Assembly (NCBI RefSeq): GCF_018977255.1
Contig: NW_024704743.1
Coordinates: 1,736,001 to 1,800,000 of the forward strand
Direction: 5' to 3'
Length of the DNA: 64,000 bases
DNA from: Callorhinchus milii
Taxonomy: Eukaryota
Position numbers and translations under genes: made by a program. Positions 48,775 to 61,400 of the stretch are shown one piece after another. A model generated the notes under the pieces. It saw only the letters and a list, made by a program, of their open reading frames with translations. It did not search any database and was not told where the DNA came from. Numbering within the stretch: position 1 is the stretch's first letter; every line of letters begins with the position of its first letter.

Positions 48775-49051
48775 TGAAGAGCCTTTGGTCCATTTATTCT
48801 CATCCTTACAGAAGGTTAGACTTTGAATATTGTGTCCAGTGTTGATCAGCCCACTTTAGGAAAGACGTCAAGGCGAGAGAGAGAGAGAGAGAGAGAGAGA
48901 GGTGCAGAGGAGATTTATGAGGATAATACCTAATGGAGTGGACTCATGGAGTCCTGTAGCTCAGGGGTTAGAGCCCTCGCCTCGCAAGTTAGAGGTCCTG
49001 GGTTTGATTCCCGGGCAGGTCAGGGCGAGACATTGGGCAAGTTTCCTTACT

Positions 49052-49085
<34 letters not shown>

Positions 49086-49411
49086 GCCTCTGTTTACCAG
49101 CGGTCAGTAGGAACCCAGTTGTTAGTCGATTGGCGGATCAATTTGTGGGCGTAATAATTTTACAGTATGTTCTGTGAAGAGCTTTGACATGTCTCAAAGG
49201 CACTATATCAAATGCAAGGATTATTGTTATTATTATTATTATACAGAGGATGAGTGGTGTGGCCTGTGAGTGGAGACCGGAGCAACTGGGACTTTTGACG
49301 TTTGAGGGTTGATCTGATTGAGGTCTTTTAAAATTATGATACAGTCAACAGGGAGAAATGGTTCCCACTGGTCAGTGAATCAGTTGGATAGACGATATGA
49401 TTTAGGATAGT
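48775..49411 (+). mobile_element. CR1 fragment interrupted by a SINE at 48948-49242
   Basis: CCACTTTAGGAAAGACGTCAAGG...GGTGCAGAGGAGATTTA..GATAATACC, then the SINE, then ATACAGAGGATGAG...CTGGGACTTTT...GTCTTTTAAAATTATG. Confidence 0.75.
48948..49242 (+). mobile_element. tRNA-Ala-derived SINE nested in CR1
   Basis: Complete head, (CA)n, partly deleted body and (ATT)n tail. Confidence 0.87.
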
Positions 49412-49733
49412 TAATAATAATAATAATCCTCGCATTTGATATAGCGCTTTTCACGTCGGGAGGACGTCCCAAAGCGCTTCACAGAACACACTGTAAAGTG
49501 AACTGACTGTATATTTGTGGGCGAACGCGGCAGCCAATTGCGCACAGCGATGTCCCACAAACAGTCGTGGATTGAAAGTGACCAATTTATCATTGTTTTT
49601 GGTTTTGGAGGGATTATTATTAGGCTCTGTGTGGAGTAAGGAAACTTGCCCGAGGTTTCGCCCTCTGCCTGGAATTGAACTCAGGTCTCTCACTTGCAAA
49701 GCGAGTGCTCTAAGCACTGAGCTACAGGCCTCC
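49412..49733 (-). mobile_element. Short SINE subfamily copy 2
   Basis: About 10 mismatches against 14005-14326 by manual comparison; unrelated flanks. Confidence 0.9.
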
Positions 49734-52009
49734 AGTTAGTGAACGAGCAAACGGGGAGGTTAGTCCCATTTGCCTGCCCTGGTCCCCCTAGCCCTGCTGT
49801 TTTTATTTCTTTTTAGATATCTATCCAGTTCCCTTTTGAAAGCTAATGTGGATTCTGCCTCAAACATCGCTCCCGGAAGGGCATTTCATATTCTAACCCC
49901 TCTGTGTATCCGTGTGTGTGTGTGTGTGGAAAAAAATCCTCCTAACCTCCCCATTTGCGTGGCTCCCGCCTGACTAATATTGTTGCCCTCCAGCTACTGA
50001 GCAATTGTGGTTGTACAAACAGTCATTACCACTTGATAGCAATTATAATGGACGATAATCCTCGCACTTGATACGGCGCCTTATCAGATCTTCGAGACGT
50101 CTCAAAAGCGCTTCACGGGATACACCAATTAGGATTAGGGTATATATATATATATATGGGGGTGAAACACAGCAGCCAATCGCGCACAGCAGCGTCCCCA
50201 CAAACAGCCATGGATTGAAGTGACCAAATTATTATTATTATTTTTTTTGAAGGGATTATTAGCCCCGGAAAACCAATCCCCCAATCGACTAACCACTGAG
50301 CTACAGGACTCCACTATCGAATTAGCTGTGAAGCCGTTTGACACTGCATTACATTGCAGAGATTGTGATCTTGAGTCCAGTATCTATACATCTAACGATA
50401 GTTCATCATCAGCAGGGCGATGTTTATGCTATATATTTCTGAAAGAAAGGGACTGAGAGAGACGATAGAATACACAACCGAAGACCGACGTGTCTCTCAC
50501 GCTTACAATTTTTATTTGAAGCAAAGGCACACACGAAAAAACTCAAGCAGATTGACAATCCAACGTAGCGTGCAACCTTTTGACAAGTAAACACGGTTCG
50601 GAGGAGTTCCTATAATGGGGGAAGCTTATCGAACGCAAACAGGAACGTTTCAAATCAGACACCTGGCGAATTTAGTCCTGTTTCTCTCTATCTCTCTCTC
50701 TCTTTCTGTCTCTGTCTCTCTCTCTCTCTCTTTCCCTCGCAAACAGCAACGCAGCTTTTCTATCGTGTCGGCGCTGGGTGGCTAAGAGATAGCTGAATAT
50801 GTGGGCTGCTTGAGTTCTGAATTATAATTACCTCTCCTGAGAGATGGTGAGCTCTCAGCCTTTTGCAGTGCACAGACCGTGCAGAATCTAAACGGAAGAC
50901 GGGTCAGGGCCTATCTACCTCTGGAACAAGCCTCTCTTTCTCTTTCTCCTCCTCTGTATTTGCTCATTCACTTCCAATCTCTCCCCGAGTTTCTCTTGCG
51001 CTATTTAATCTTGCTTCAGGGCTCAGGCGGATGGATGCCTGCGCCAGCCCCACAAACAGTCGTGGATTGAAAGACCAATTATTAGCTTTTATTCTTTTGG
51101 GGGGTGGGGGGGGGGGAGGGGGAGAGGGATTATTTTACTCCCGGAAAGCCATCCGCCAATTGAATAACAACCGGGTTTCTCCTTACTGCGAGGTAAACAG
51201 AGGTGGGTGTACGTGCGTGTGTGTGACTGTAAGGAAACTGACTGTGTTTTGTGGGCGAACACCACAAGATGTTGGGCAAGTTGCCTTACTTCGCGCCTCC
51301 ACACCTAGCAGTAAGCAGGAACCCGGTCGTTAGTCGATTGGTGAATCGTTTTTCCGGGGTGGGGTGGGGTGGGGGGGTTAACAATCCCTTTGTTTAAAAA
51401 AAAACAATAATAAATTGGTCACCTCAATCCACGGCTGTTTGTGGGGACGCTGCTGTGCAAACTTGGCTGCCGCGTTTCGCCCACAAAGCACACAGTCACT
51501 ACACTTTATTACAGTGTTTTGCAAGCTGTCCGTGATTGGACTCTTGGTTTTGCCTGATAACTGATGGGTCCCTCATCGAACGTTCAACCCGGAGTGCGGT
51601 AAAACCACGAACGCACTTGATTCCTGAGCGTTGCAGTGTTAATGCCAGAGAGCTGCATTCAGCAGAGTGGGTTCTCCAAACCATCAGGGTTGAGAGGCTT
51701 TGTTTATAATGAAAAGCTTCATCAACTCAAGCTGGATTCACTGGAGCGGAGCAGGTTAAGAGGCAATTCAATGGAAGCGTTGAAAATTACCGAGAGGCTA
51801 AATAGTGAAAGATTATTCCGATGGGATGGTGAGGGCATCCAACTGAGATCATCCCGAGAAGAGCAGATAGAAGAGGATTGTCATTTTTTTTGTGCACAAA
51901 CGTTATCAGGTTGCAGAACACTTTACATCAAGTGGCTGTTGAAGCACAGGTTCATTATAAAATTGATAGTGACTTGGGACAAACATTCAGCCAGAGATAG
52001 AGATAGTGC

Positions 52010-52372
52010 AGTCCTGGAGCTCAGCCGTTAGAACACTCGCCTCGCGAGCGAGAGGATCAGGTCGGGTCAGGGCGAAACATTGGGCAAGTTTCCTCACTCC
52101 ACTCGCACACACACACACACACGCACACACCTCTGCTTACCAGCAGTCAGTAGGAACCCGGTTGTTAGTCGATTAGTGGATTGCTTTCCTTGGGGTAAAA
52201 AAAATCATAATTTGGCCACTCACCCCACGGCTGTTTGTGGGGACGCTGCTGTGCGCAATCGGCTGCCGCGTTTCGCCCAAAACACACAGTCGATTCACTT
52301 TACAGAGCATCCTGTGAGACGTCTCGAAGAGGTGATAAGACGCTGTATCAAATGCGAGGATTATTATTATTA
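52010..52372 (+). mobile_element. tRNA-Ala-derived SINE (B box deleted)
   Basis: Head, (CA)n, body and tail. Confidence 0.82.
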
Positions 52373-52929
52373 TCCTCCTGACGAGAAAAAGCACTATTAG
52401 CAAGGATTACAGTTATCTGTCCATCCACTGACCCTCACCTCCTTCCCTACACACCTACGACTGTTCCTCGTGGACAGAAGTTTGTGGGCAGATGATATCA
52501 TGTGCCGAGGAATCAGTCAAAATAGATTCCTGAGCAGATGGTGGATGGTAAATTGCCTCCAAGGCAGCTCCCTGTAGAGAGAGACTCTTCTGCTCGAGGA
52601 ACTTTGAATGTATGAAATTCAAAATATAACCTGCGAGAGGTTTCCAGTTCATGGTTTGGAATGCGAGGAGACCTCCAACACCATCTGTGCACTCTTCCCC
52701 CTGGGATTACATTCAGGGAGTCGAATCACCTTTGCTTACCATCTCAACGCACGATTAGAATGATTTCCACCGACGTAGCGTCCCATCAGGTCAAAAGCCT
52801 CAAAGCAATAACAATATAATAATCCTTGCATTTGCTAGAGCGGCCGATCACAACTCTGAGACGTCTCAAAGCGCTCCACAGGATGTCCTGTAAAGTGGAC
52901 TGACTGTGTGTTTTGTGGGTGAAACGCGG

Positions 52930-53278
52930 CTTCGAATCCCGACAGGAGCGAAACGTTGGGCAAGTTTCCTTACTCCACACACACACACACACACACACAA
53001 CGCGCCTCTGTTTATCAGCAATCAGTAGGAATCCGGTTGTTAGTCAATTGGTGGATCGCTTTTCCGGGGCTAATAATCCCTTAAAAAACCCAATAATGTA
53101 GTCACTCAACCCACGGCTGTTTGTGGAGACGCTGCCGGGCGCAATTGGCTGCCGCGTTTGACCCACAAAACACACAGTCACTACACTTCACAGTGTATCC
53201 GGTGAAGCGCTCTGAGACGTCTCGAAGACGTGATAAGGCGCTGTATCGAATGCCAGGATTATTATTATTATTATTATA
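52930..53278 (+). mobile_element. SINE fused to an upstream antisense tail (~52812-52929)
   Basis: B-box remnant TTCGAATCCC through to (ATT)n. Confidence 0.82.
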
Positions 53279-54469
53279 ATAAGTGGAGTGCGTAGGTGGA
53301 AATCTCAGTCGGGCTCGGACGCTATTAAGCGCAGTGATGGGATTCCGCACGTGTCAGGAGCCAGCCGGCTGAGAGGAACAAAAACAAATCAATTTCCTCC
53401 GTGTCCTCTGCGTCGTCAAAAGGTTTTCTCAGAAATTTGTTGCGGCATAATCTGCCTTTTTTATAAAGCCGGGTTTGCTCGGAGGGATTGCTTTATGCAA
53501 AGCTGAACAACAATGAGGCCGAGCTTTGCTGATGTATCTCATCATCCACACCAGGATCAGTGAGATTAGCCACCGAGATACTCACTCCCCTTTACCAACT
53601 TGAAGTACAGAGAGTATTATAGATCTGTGCATAAGCACTAACGGTAGTTAAACATTGCCACATCCAGTCCCTCTAGGTTAGTCCTGATGTACGTTGGAGT
53701 GGATGTGATTTCTTGTTTGACAAGCAGATGCAAGTCCAAAGCACAAAGGGATGAAAGGTATATTTCAGAAGCTGCGGGAACTGCCTGGTAGCAAATTATA
53801 AGAGTCCTGAAGTCCCAACCGGCTTTAATATTCAAGGACGGCAGAATTATGAAAAAAATGCCTTAAATCCAGCCTGGCTGGAACTCTCTGTCTGCGTTCG
53901 ACACAGTTGCCCACGCCATCCTCCTCCACCGCTTCTCCTCCCTCGTTCACCTTGCAGTGGGACCACACTCGCCTGGTTCTCAGGCCTGGAATTTAGAAAT
54001 GCAGAGACAGAAAGAGGCGACTGGTTGCGCAATCATTCAACCAGTCAGGGCCACACTTAATTTATTGAAGTGTTTTGAAATAATAAAACAAAATTAACAA
54101 TTGGCCTTCAGTTGAAATTGGAGCTAAAAAGAAAAGCTTTCAAAGAGGAAATGTATCCCATCAAGTAACAAGTAACAATATTCCTCAGGTTTGATGATAA
54201 TAACAATAATAATAATTCTCGCATTTGATGCAGCGTCTCATCGCGTCTTCGAGATCGTCTCAAAGAGCTTCAGGGGTTTACACACTCAAGTGAATTGACT
54301 GTGTGTTTTGTGGCGACTGGAGGGCTTTTGACGGATAAAATCAGCAGAGATGGTCCGCTTGTGTATGTACGCCCAACGTGTCTGGAGGTGATCTCTGGAT
54401 TGGAAAGGAAGTTCAGGATGATGCATCCAGCCCCAAGATTACGTGTCAATGCCAGATAAAGGGAATCAG

Positions 54470-54800
54470 GTATCACTACAGTACATCACCGAGTGCTGTG
54501 GGTAGTGCTGAGTTGTAGGCAGTTATGTCCTTTGGATGAGATGTTAAACCAGGTTCCCGTCTGCCTTTCAGGTGGACATTAAAGATCCTGTGGCCTCTTG
54601 AGTCAGAAGGTTGTGGGTCAAGCTCCACATTGGGGCTTTGAAGTCACACAATCTTCCCTGACGTTGCCAAAGGTGCCATCCTTTGATTGAGATGTCAAAC
54701 CGAGGTCCATCTGCTTGTTGTAGTGGACGTTAAAGATCCTTTGGCACCGTTCGAATAGCGAAGGGAGCTTGTCTCGCCTAACAATCCCCCGAGTAAAACT
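54470..54800 (+). mobile_element. Two tandem Deu-type SINE fragments
   Basis: GATGAGATGTTAAACCAGGTTCCCGTCTGCCTTTCAGGTGGACATTAAAGATCC, and a second copy GAGATGTCAAACCGAGGTCCATCTGC...GTGGACGTTAAAGATCCTTTGGCAC. Confidence 0.7.
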
Positions 54801-55136
54801 GGTTACAAAGGGCAATTTCAGGACATATAACAGGCCATGTTTCTTTCCTCAGAGGGTAATTAATGTCTGGGACATGTTGCTCGGAAAGGTGTTTGTTGGC
54901 CAGGAGTCTGGAACTTGTTCAAAAAGCAGCTCAATGCTGCGGTAGGAGGATGGTTGGATGGGTTTGGAGGAATCAGATCAGAAGGACTGAAGGGCCTTCT
55001 TCATCCGAACCCATCTTGTTATTTGGCGAACACCATTTTGCGGGATAACCATCCTAACTCCCCAAAGAAGTCAGAGTAACGTGTCTCGCTAACCACAATG
55101 CCATGATTTGTGCTTCCATAATAATAGTAATCAATA

Positions 55137-55452
55137 ATAATAATGATGATCTTTGCATGTGATATAGCGCCTTATCACGTCTTAGAATTGACTGTATATT
55201 TTTGTGGGCGAAACGCGGCGGCCAATTGCGCACAGCAGCGTCCCCACAAACAGCCGTGGATGGAAGCGACCAAATTATTAAAAAAAAATTGAAGGATTTA
55301 TTCCCCTCGGGAAAAGCCATCCGCCAATCGACTAACAACCGGGTTACTACCGACTGCTGGTAAACAGAGGCGCGCGCGTGGAGCGAGGAAACTTGCCCAT
55401 ATTTCGACCGGGAATCGAACCCAGGTCCTCTCGCTTGCGTTTGGAGCTCAGT
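55137..55452 (-). mobile_element. tRNA-Ala-derived SINE with deletions
   Basis: Reverse complement of head, body and tail. Confidence 0.82.
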
Positions 55453-57654
55453 GGCTGGCTTTGGGCCAAATCATTGCGGGAATGGTAGGGGAGTGCGGGA
55501 GAGAGGAGCAAGACGGAAGTGGGCGCTATTTTCAGCGTTGTGATAATTAGCCCATGCCGGGGCACAATCTGTCTACCTGCGATTCCTCGAGTCAGGTTGG
55601 TGTCGGCGTCTAAAAATAATTGCCATTGTTCTGAAGTTGTGGCGTCAACGGGGTGGTGTTGTGAGTGCCGTAGGAAATTGAAGCAAAGTTTTCTCGCTGT
55701 GAAATTTATCGGGAGCGAAACTGTGTTTATTACGTGCCACGCAGCGAAGATGATCTAATTACACGGTGCCCCTGCTCTGGGCTGATAACTGAGAAGATGA
55801 TTATCGTGATAGTGATAAATCGGCACAAAGGAAATTAAGACTCAAAAGACGATTCACCTGCCATAGAGGCACAAAGCCCGGCACGCTTGCGAGACGAATG
55901 AAAGAATTCTTGGCACCGCGATCGCTTTGTTTTACCCCTCCCAGCCCTGTGTGGTCGGACTTGCCGTTCTTCACAAGAGACGTTCAAACCAGAGTCTGTG
56001 CCCGGTCAGGTGGACTTTTAACGATCCCGTGGGAGAAGGGAGATTTTCTCTCTCTCTCTCTCTCTCTCTCTGTCTGTCTCCAGTGTCCTGGTTAACACTC
56101 CCCCAGATAAAATCGGTCATTCACTCCACGGCTTTTTGCAAAGACATCTTTTGTGCACCAATTGGCTGTCACGTTTGCTTGCTAATACGTAGTCACGGTC
56201 AGCAAAACCACAGCCATCACCACCACCACCACCAACAACAACCACAACATATTGCACTTACACAAGTTTCACCCACAGAAATACACAATCATTTCACTTT
56301 ACGGTGTATCCCGTAAAGCACTTTGAGACGTCTCGACGACGTGATAAGGCGCTGTATCAAATGCCAGGATTATTACAGTGCAACACAAATTTACGTCTAT
56401 ATAACGCCTTTCAGGTTGGGAGGACAAACCATGATTCTGGACAGTCCAAAGTTTGCACCCGAACTGGCGATCAAGGGAATGGGGCTTGAAGGGGAAAAGA
56501 AAGCCTATAGTGTGGTTGAGACTCACCTTGAAAGAGCTGAGGGAATCAGCGAGGCGATGGGACTCCAGGGCGGAGATACATTGAAAGATGCTTCATGGCT
56601 GTTTATGGGGACGTTGACTGTGTGAAAATTGACTACCATGTTGGCCTACAAATACAATACAAAATGACATTTGTGTAGGGCCTTGGATTATTATTGTCGG
56701 GACATCCCAAGGCGCTGGACAGTCAGGGATTTGGACCCGGATGGGTGGGGGGGGGGTCGGGGGGAGATTGGGGTCAGGGAGGTTGGAGGGCAGAGAGGGT
56801 AGGATGGTGGCCGAAGACATGGTCGAAGAGGAGGGTCTTGAAACGTGCAAACTCTACAGTGTGTCCTGGAAAGCACCGTGATGCATTTCTGTGAAGCGAT
56901 GGGGCTCTATATCAAAGGCGAGGGTTGTTGGAGTCTGCAAACTCCGAGTAATTCTTCAAATTCAATCTTAATGGTAGCCCTGGGACTCGTTTAAGAAACA
57001 GCTTGATTCTGTAATGGTAGAACGGTGGAGATGAGATAAAATGGGCCAAAGAGCCTTCTTCATCCGAACCGCTCTTGCGACCTTGTGATTTCTTTTTTGA
57101 ATGGATTTGGGGTTATGAAAATTGCAGGTGTTTTGAAATGTGTATTACATGAATATATATATATAGCTATATATGTATATATCAAATGGATTCAGAAGTA
57201 TAAACGTTTTGCGTTTGATAAATCAGATGGTTTGCAGTTTGCCGGATCCACTTGTTAAGTATGAAGTATTAATCAGATCCCCACCACCAAGAAAAACAAT
57301 CGAAAAAGCCTTTTTTTTTAAAAAAAAGAGAGAAATACAAATGACTGGCTCCAGTCTTCCCGCATTTGTAACAGCCTTTGCCGAAGGAAACTCGCTTATC
57401 TCGGCAAAGATGATATTTCGTATTCCCAGATGAGATCAGCGCTGGTAAATAGAATTTGCAAGCTCATATTTTTACCTCTCTAATCCCATTCCCCCGGCCT
57501 TGTCTCTTTAATACTCTTACCTAGCGAGTGAGTGCCTCGCCATCTCGCTCTGAAACATGTCTATTGATTGTCCGTCTGCAGTCTGCCGAGGCAGAGAGTT
57601 CCTCACTCTCACTCTCTAAGCCTTTGCCTGATAAATGGTGTCCACGTTCAGACC

Positions 57655-58092
57655 AAGGCTCTTCTTGCTTGCTTGGCTCCCAACGGCCCCTCCTCACCTC
57701 AGGCACTGAGGGCATCACTGCTCGTGGATGCTCTCTCCACCTCACAGCCAGTCCGGAATTATGGTGTCTTGTTTGACCCTCGACTGTCTTTTAAACCCAG
57801 CGACCCATTCTGCCTTCCCCCACCTCCGCCACATTGCCCAGGCCCACCACTTCCTCTCCCCTCAAGTCGCCGAGACCCATACGCCCACCTTCTTTATGTG
57901 CAGAATTGACTACGCTATCTCTCTGCTCACCGAGTTCTTCTCTCCACAACCTACAGATTGTTTAGAACTCTACCGCTGGTGTCCTCTGTCGCCCCTATCC
58001 TCGTCCGGCTTCACTGGCTCTGCGTCTCCCAGTGGATCAAGTTCAAAATCCTCGTCCTCACCTTTAAAAGCCCTCCACGGTCTTGCCCCTCC
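57655..58092 (+). mobile_element. Decayed L2 ORF2 fragment
   Basis: VRNYGVLFDPRLSF, AFPHLRHIA, RIDYAISLL and LHWLCVSQWIKFKILVLTFK. Confidence 0.82.
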
Positions 58093-58317
58093 CTTATCAC
58101 ATCGTTGGGACGTCTCAAAGCGCCTCACAGGATACACTGTAAAGCAAATTGACTGTATTTTGTGGGCGAAATGCTGCAGCCGATAGCGCACAGCAGCGTC
58201 CCCACAAACAGCCGCGGGTTGAGCAAACATGTTTCTTTGGGGAGGGATTATTATTCCTGGAAAGTGGATCCACCAATTGACTGACAACTGGGTTCCCACT
58301 GTTAGGTCAACAGAGGC

Positions 58318-58355
<38 letters not shown>

Positions 58356-58447
58356 AGGAGGGAAATTTGCCTACGGTTTTGCCCGGCCCGGGAATCACAC
58401 CCGGGTCATCTCGCTTGCGTTCTAACCACTGAGCTGCAGGACTCCAC
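58093..58447 (-). mobile_element. tRNA-Ala-derived SINE
   Basis: Reverse complement of the family, with (GT)n. Confidence 0.85.
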
Positions 58448-61400
58448 ATTGCATCTCCCATTTTACTTGTCAACCCCCTTTTTAATGATAATAATAACAA
58501 TCCTTGCCTTCAGGAGGACATTTCAAATTGTTTCACAGAGTGTGCTACACAGTTTAGTGACTGTGTTTAGTAGGGGATGCGGTCAAATTATCTGCACACA
58601 ACAATGTCCCATAAACAGCCATGAAATGACTGACTAATTTTAAGGACCTCAATTGCTTTCCCTCCCCCACCACCACCCCCTTCCTTTATCTTCTCTAATC
58701 CTTTGCATCAAAAACTGAGCACATTAAATGCATTAATCATTCTATTCATCAATAATTGAATGGGCCTGTGACTGGAGAATCATCAATTGAAGGTTGAATG
58801 CTCATCGCATTATATTAAGGGATTGTGTCCGTTTGTTTATCCAAAATGTGCATCACACTTCGACTTGGGCTTTTAAGACTCCATTTTAACAGCAATATCT
58901 AAAACATCAGTCGTAATAATAACAATCCATTTGACCCGGCGCCTTATCACGCCATTGAGACGTCTCAAAGCGCTTCACAGAACATACTGTAAAGTGAATT
59001 GACTGTGTGTTTTGTAGGTGAAACACCATACCGCTTTAAGTCATATCTATCGTCATAATAATAATTCCCGCGTTGTATGTAGCACCTTATCGCGTCACTG
59101 AGACAACTCAAAGCTCTTCATTTCACTGTAAAGTGTCGCGATTGTGCACTTGTGGGCAAGACACGGGCACCCAATTTCCTCGCAGCAAAGTCCCACAAAT
59201 AGCCATGAAGCAATTGGTCATTTCTGTCAGTGGGATTGTTCCCTCTTTTCGAATAGTCCCAAGGGATTTTTTTTATAACCTCCACCTGAACAGACAGACG
59301 AGCCTCGGCTCAACATCTCCAAGGCTCTGGACAGTCAGCGATTTGGGGCCGAGCTGGGTGGGGGGGTTGGGATCAGGAGTGGGGGGGGGGTGGAGGGCAG
59401 GGAGAGTGGGGATTGTAGAGTGGCTAAAAGCGCTGTCGAAGAGGAGGGTCTCGAGGCGGGTCTTGAAGGAGGTGGGGGGTGGGGGGGCGGGTCCGGCGAG
59501 GCGATGGGACTGTGGGATGGAGTTCCAAAGGGTGGGGGCAGAAAGGCTGACGGCCTTTCATACTTTCCCCAGTATCTGCTTGACGGATTCCTGTGCATAT
59601 CGTTGTTTGCGTGTTATTGGTATCTGCCCCTCGGAGGTAAAGGAGCTTCCTCCCGTTATCTCTTTGTGTTTGCCGCAGGATCTCGCAGTCAGTCTGCCCT
59701 CGTCCACAGCCACTGGTGACTTCGATAAGTCTCCGTTGCTTAAATAATTTATATCTCTAAAAGGCATCTTTATTGGCACTGCATTCAAACCCGTCAATAC
59801 AAAAAACTGAGTGGCCCCGTGCAGGCAACATTAAATCTTAATAGCCAACCTCTTGCACAAGTACTCAAGTCTATCTTACACCCTTTCATTCCTTCTCCAG
59901 CCATCATCATCATCATCATCATCATCCCACAGTGCATTGGGTTAAGGTCTGAATGATGTTAAGTTGTTCTCGTTTGCTTCTTAAGAGACTGCAACCGAAA
60001 TAAATAGCGATTAAGGAGGAAACAGGCTCTTCTGGTAACACACAGTGTCGTTCAAATCCTTCTGCCGGAATCCGCTCTTCCAATTGTTGACGCCAGCGCT
60101 GATCACGATGAGAATCCTAGTCTTTGACATAGCGCCATTCATGTCAGGGATGTGTCTCAATGCGCTGCCCTTGATTTACTGCAAAGTGCTTTGTTTGCTG
60201 GATTTACTGTAAAGTGGACACGGCAGCCAATTTGCTCACAGCAGCATCCCACATACAGCCGTGAGGCGAATGGTCGATGTTGTCTGGGATGCTGTTGGCC
60301 AGGACACCGTTCTATTGGGTCTTTAATGTCCACTTGAACAGGCAGATGGGACCCTGGTTCATCCGAAGACACAAAAACAAGAGGATATAATTATAATAAT
60401 ACTATAATAATCCTTGCATTTGATATAGCGCCTTATCACATCTTCGAGGCATCTCTAAGTGCATCACAGAATAGACTGTAAAGTGAATTGACTGTATATT
60501 TTTTGAGGGTGAAATGCAGCAGCCAATTGCGCATAGCAGCGTCCCCACAAACAGCTGTGGATTGAAGTGACCAAATTATTATTCTTTACTTTTATTTTTT
60601 GCGGGAAGGGATTATTAGCCCCAGAACAGCGGCCAATTGTGCACAACAGTGTCTAAACACAGCATAAAGCTTATTATTATTATTATTATTATTATAAAAA
60701 TAGCATAGGATTAGAGTTGCAAAGGGCAATTTCAGGAGAGACTCCAGGAAGTATTTTTTTACCCAGAAGGGTACAGGTAGCGAAGAAAGGTGGTTCAGGT
60801 CAGGAACACTGGGATCACTTCAGAAACAGCTTGTAATGGGAGCGCCGGAAAGATGATATCAGATGGGCCTTCATCCAAATCTCTCTTGTGATCCCGTGAA
60901 CTAAATCGTTGCATAAAAATCTACCTCTCTACCATACCTGCTCTTACCTCGATTTAACGTCTCGCCTGATGGATGCCATCTCCGCCAGTGCCGCACTCCC
61001 CCAGCGCTGCATTGGAGCGTCAGCTTAGACTGTGCGATGCCAAAGTCCCTCCCGACGTGAAGGCTTGAACCCACAACCTTCTGACAGCATTTCAGACCCG
61101 AGCTGGGGTCGGGGGGGGAGAAGGGAGGGGAGGGGAAGGGGTGGGTGGCCGATGGCATGGTCGAAGAGGAGGGTCTTGAGGCGGGACTTGAAGGAGACTA
61201 AGGAGGGGGCGAGGCGGAGTGACTGGGAGATGGAATTCCAGAGGTTGGGGCAGAGTGGCTGAAGGCTCTCCCGCCAATGGTGAACATCTGTCTCTCACCC
61301 ACAATTGCTTTCTGCTGATATTTTGTGCTTCGTATCCGCCTGAGAGGAAGATCATAAGCTTAAAAATCCACGGTTTGAAGCTCCAGAGTAGAGCCGCAGG

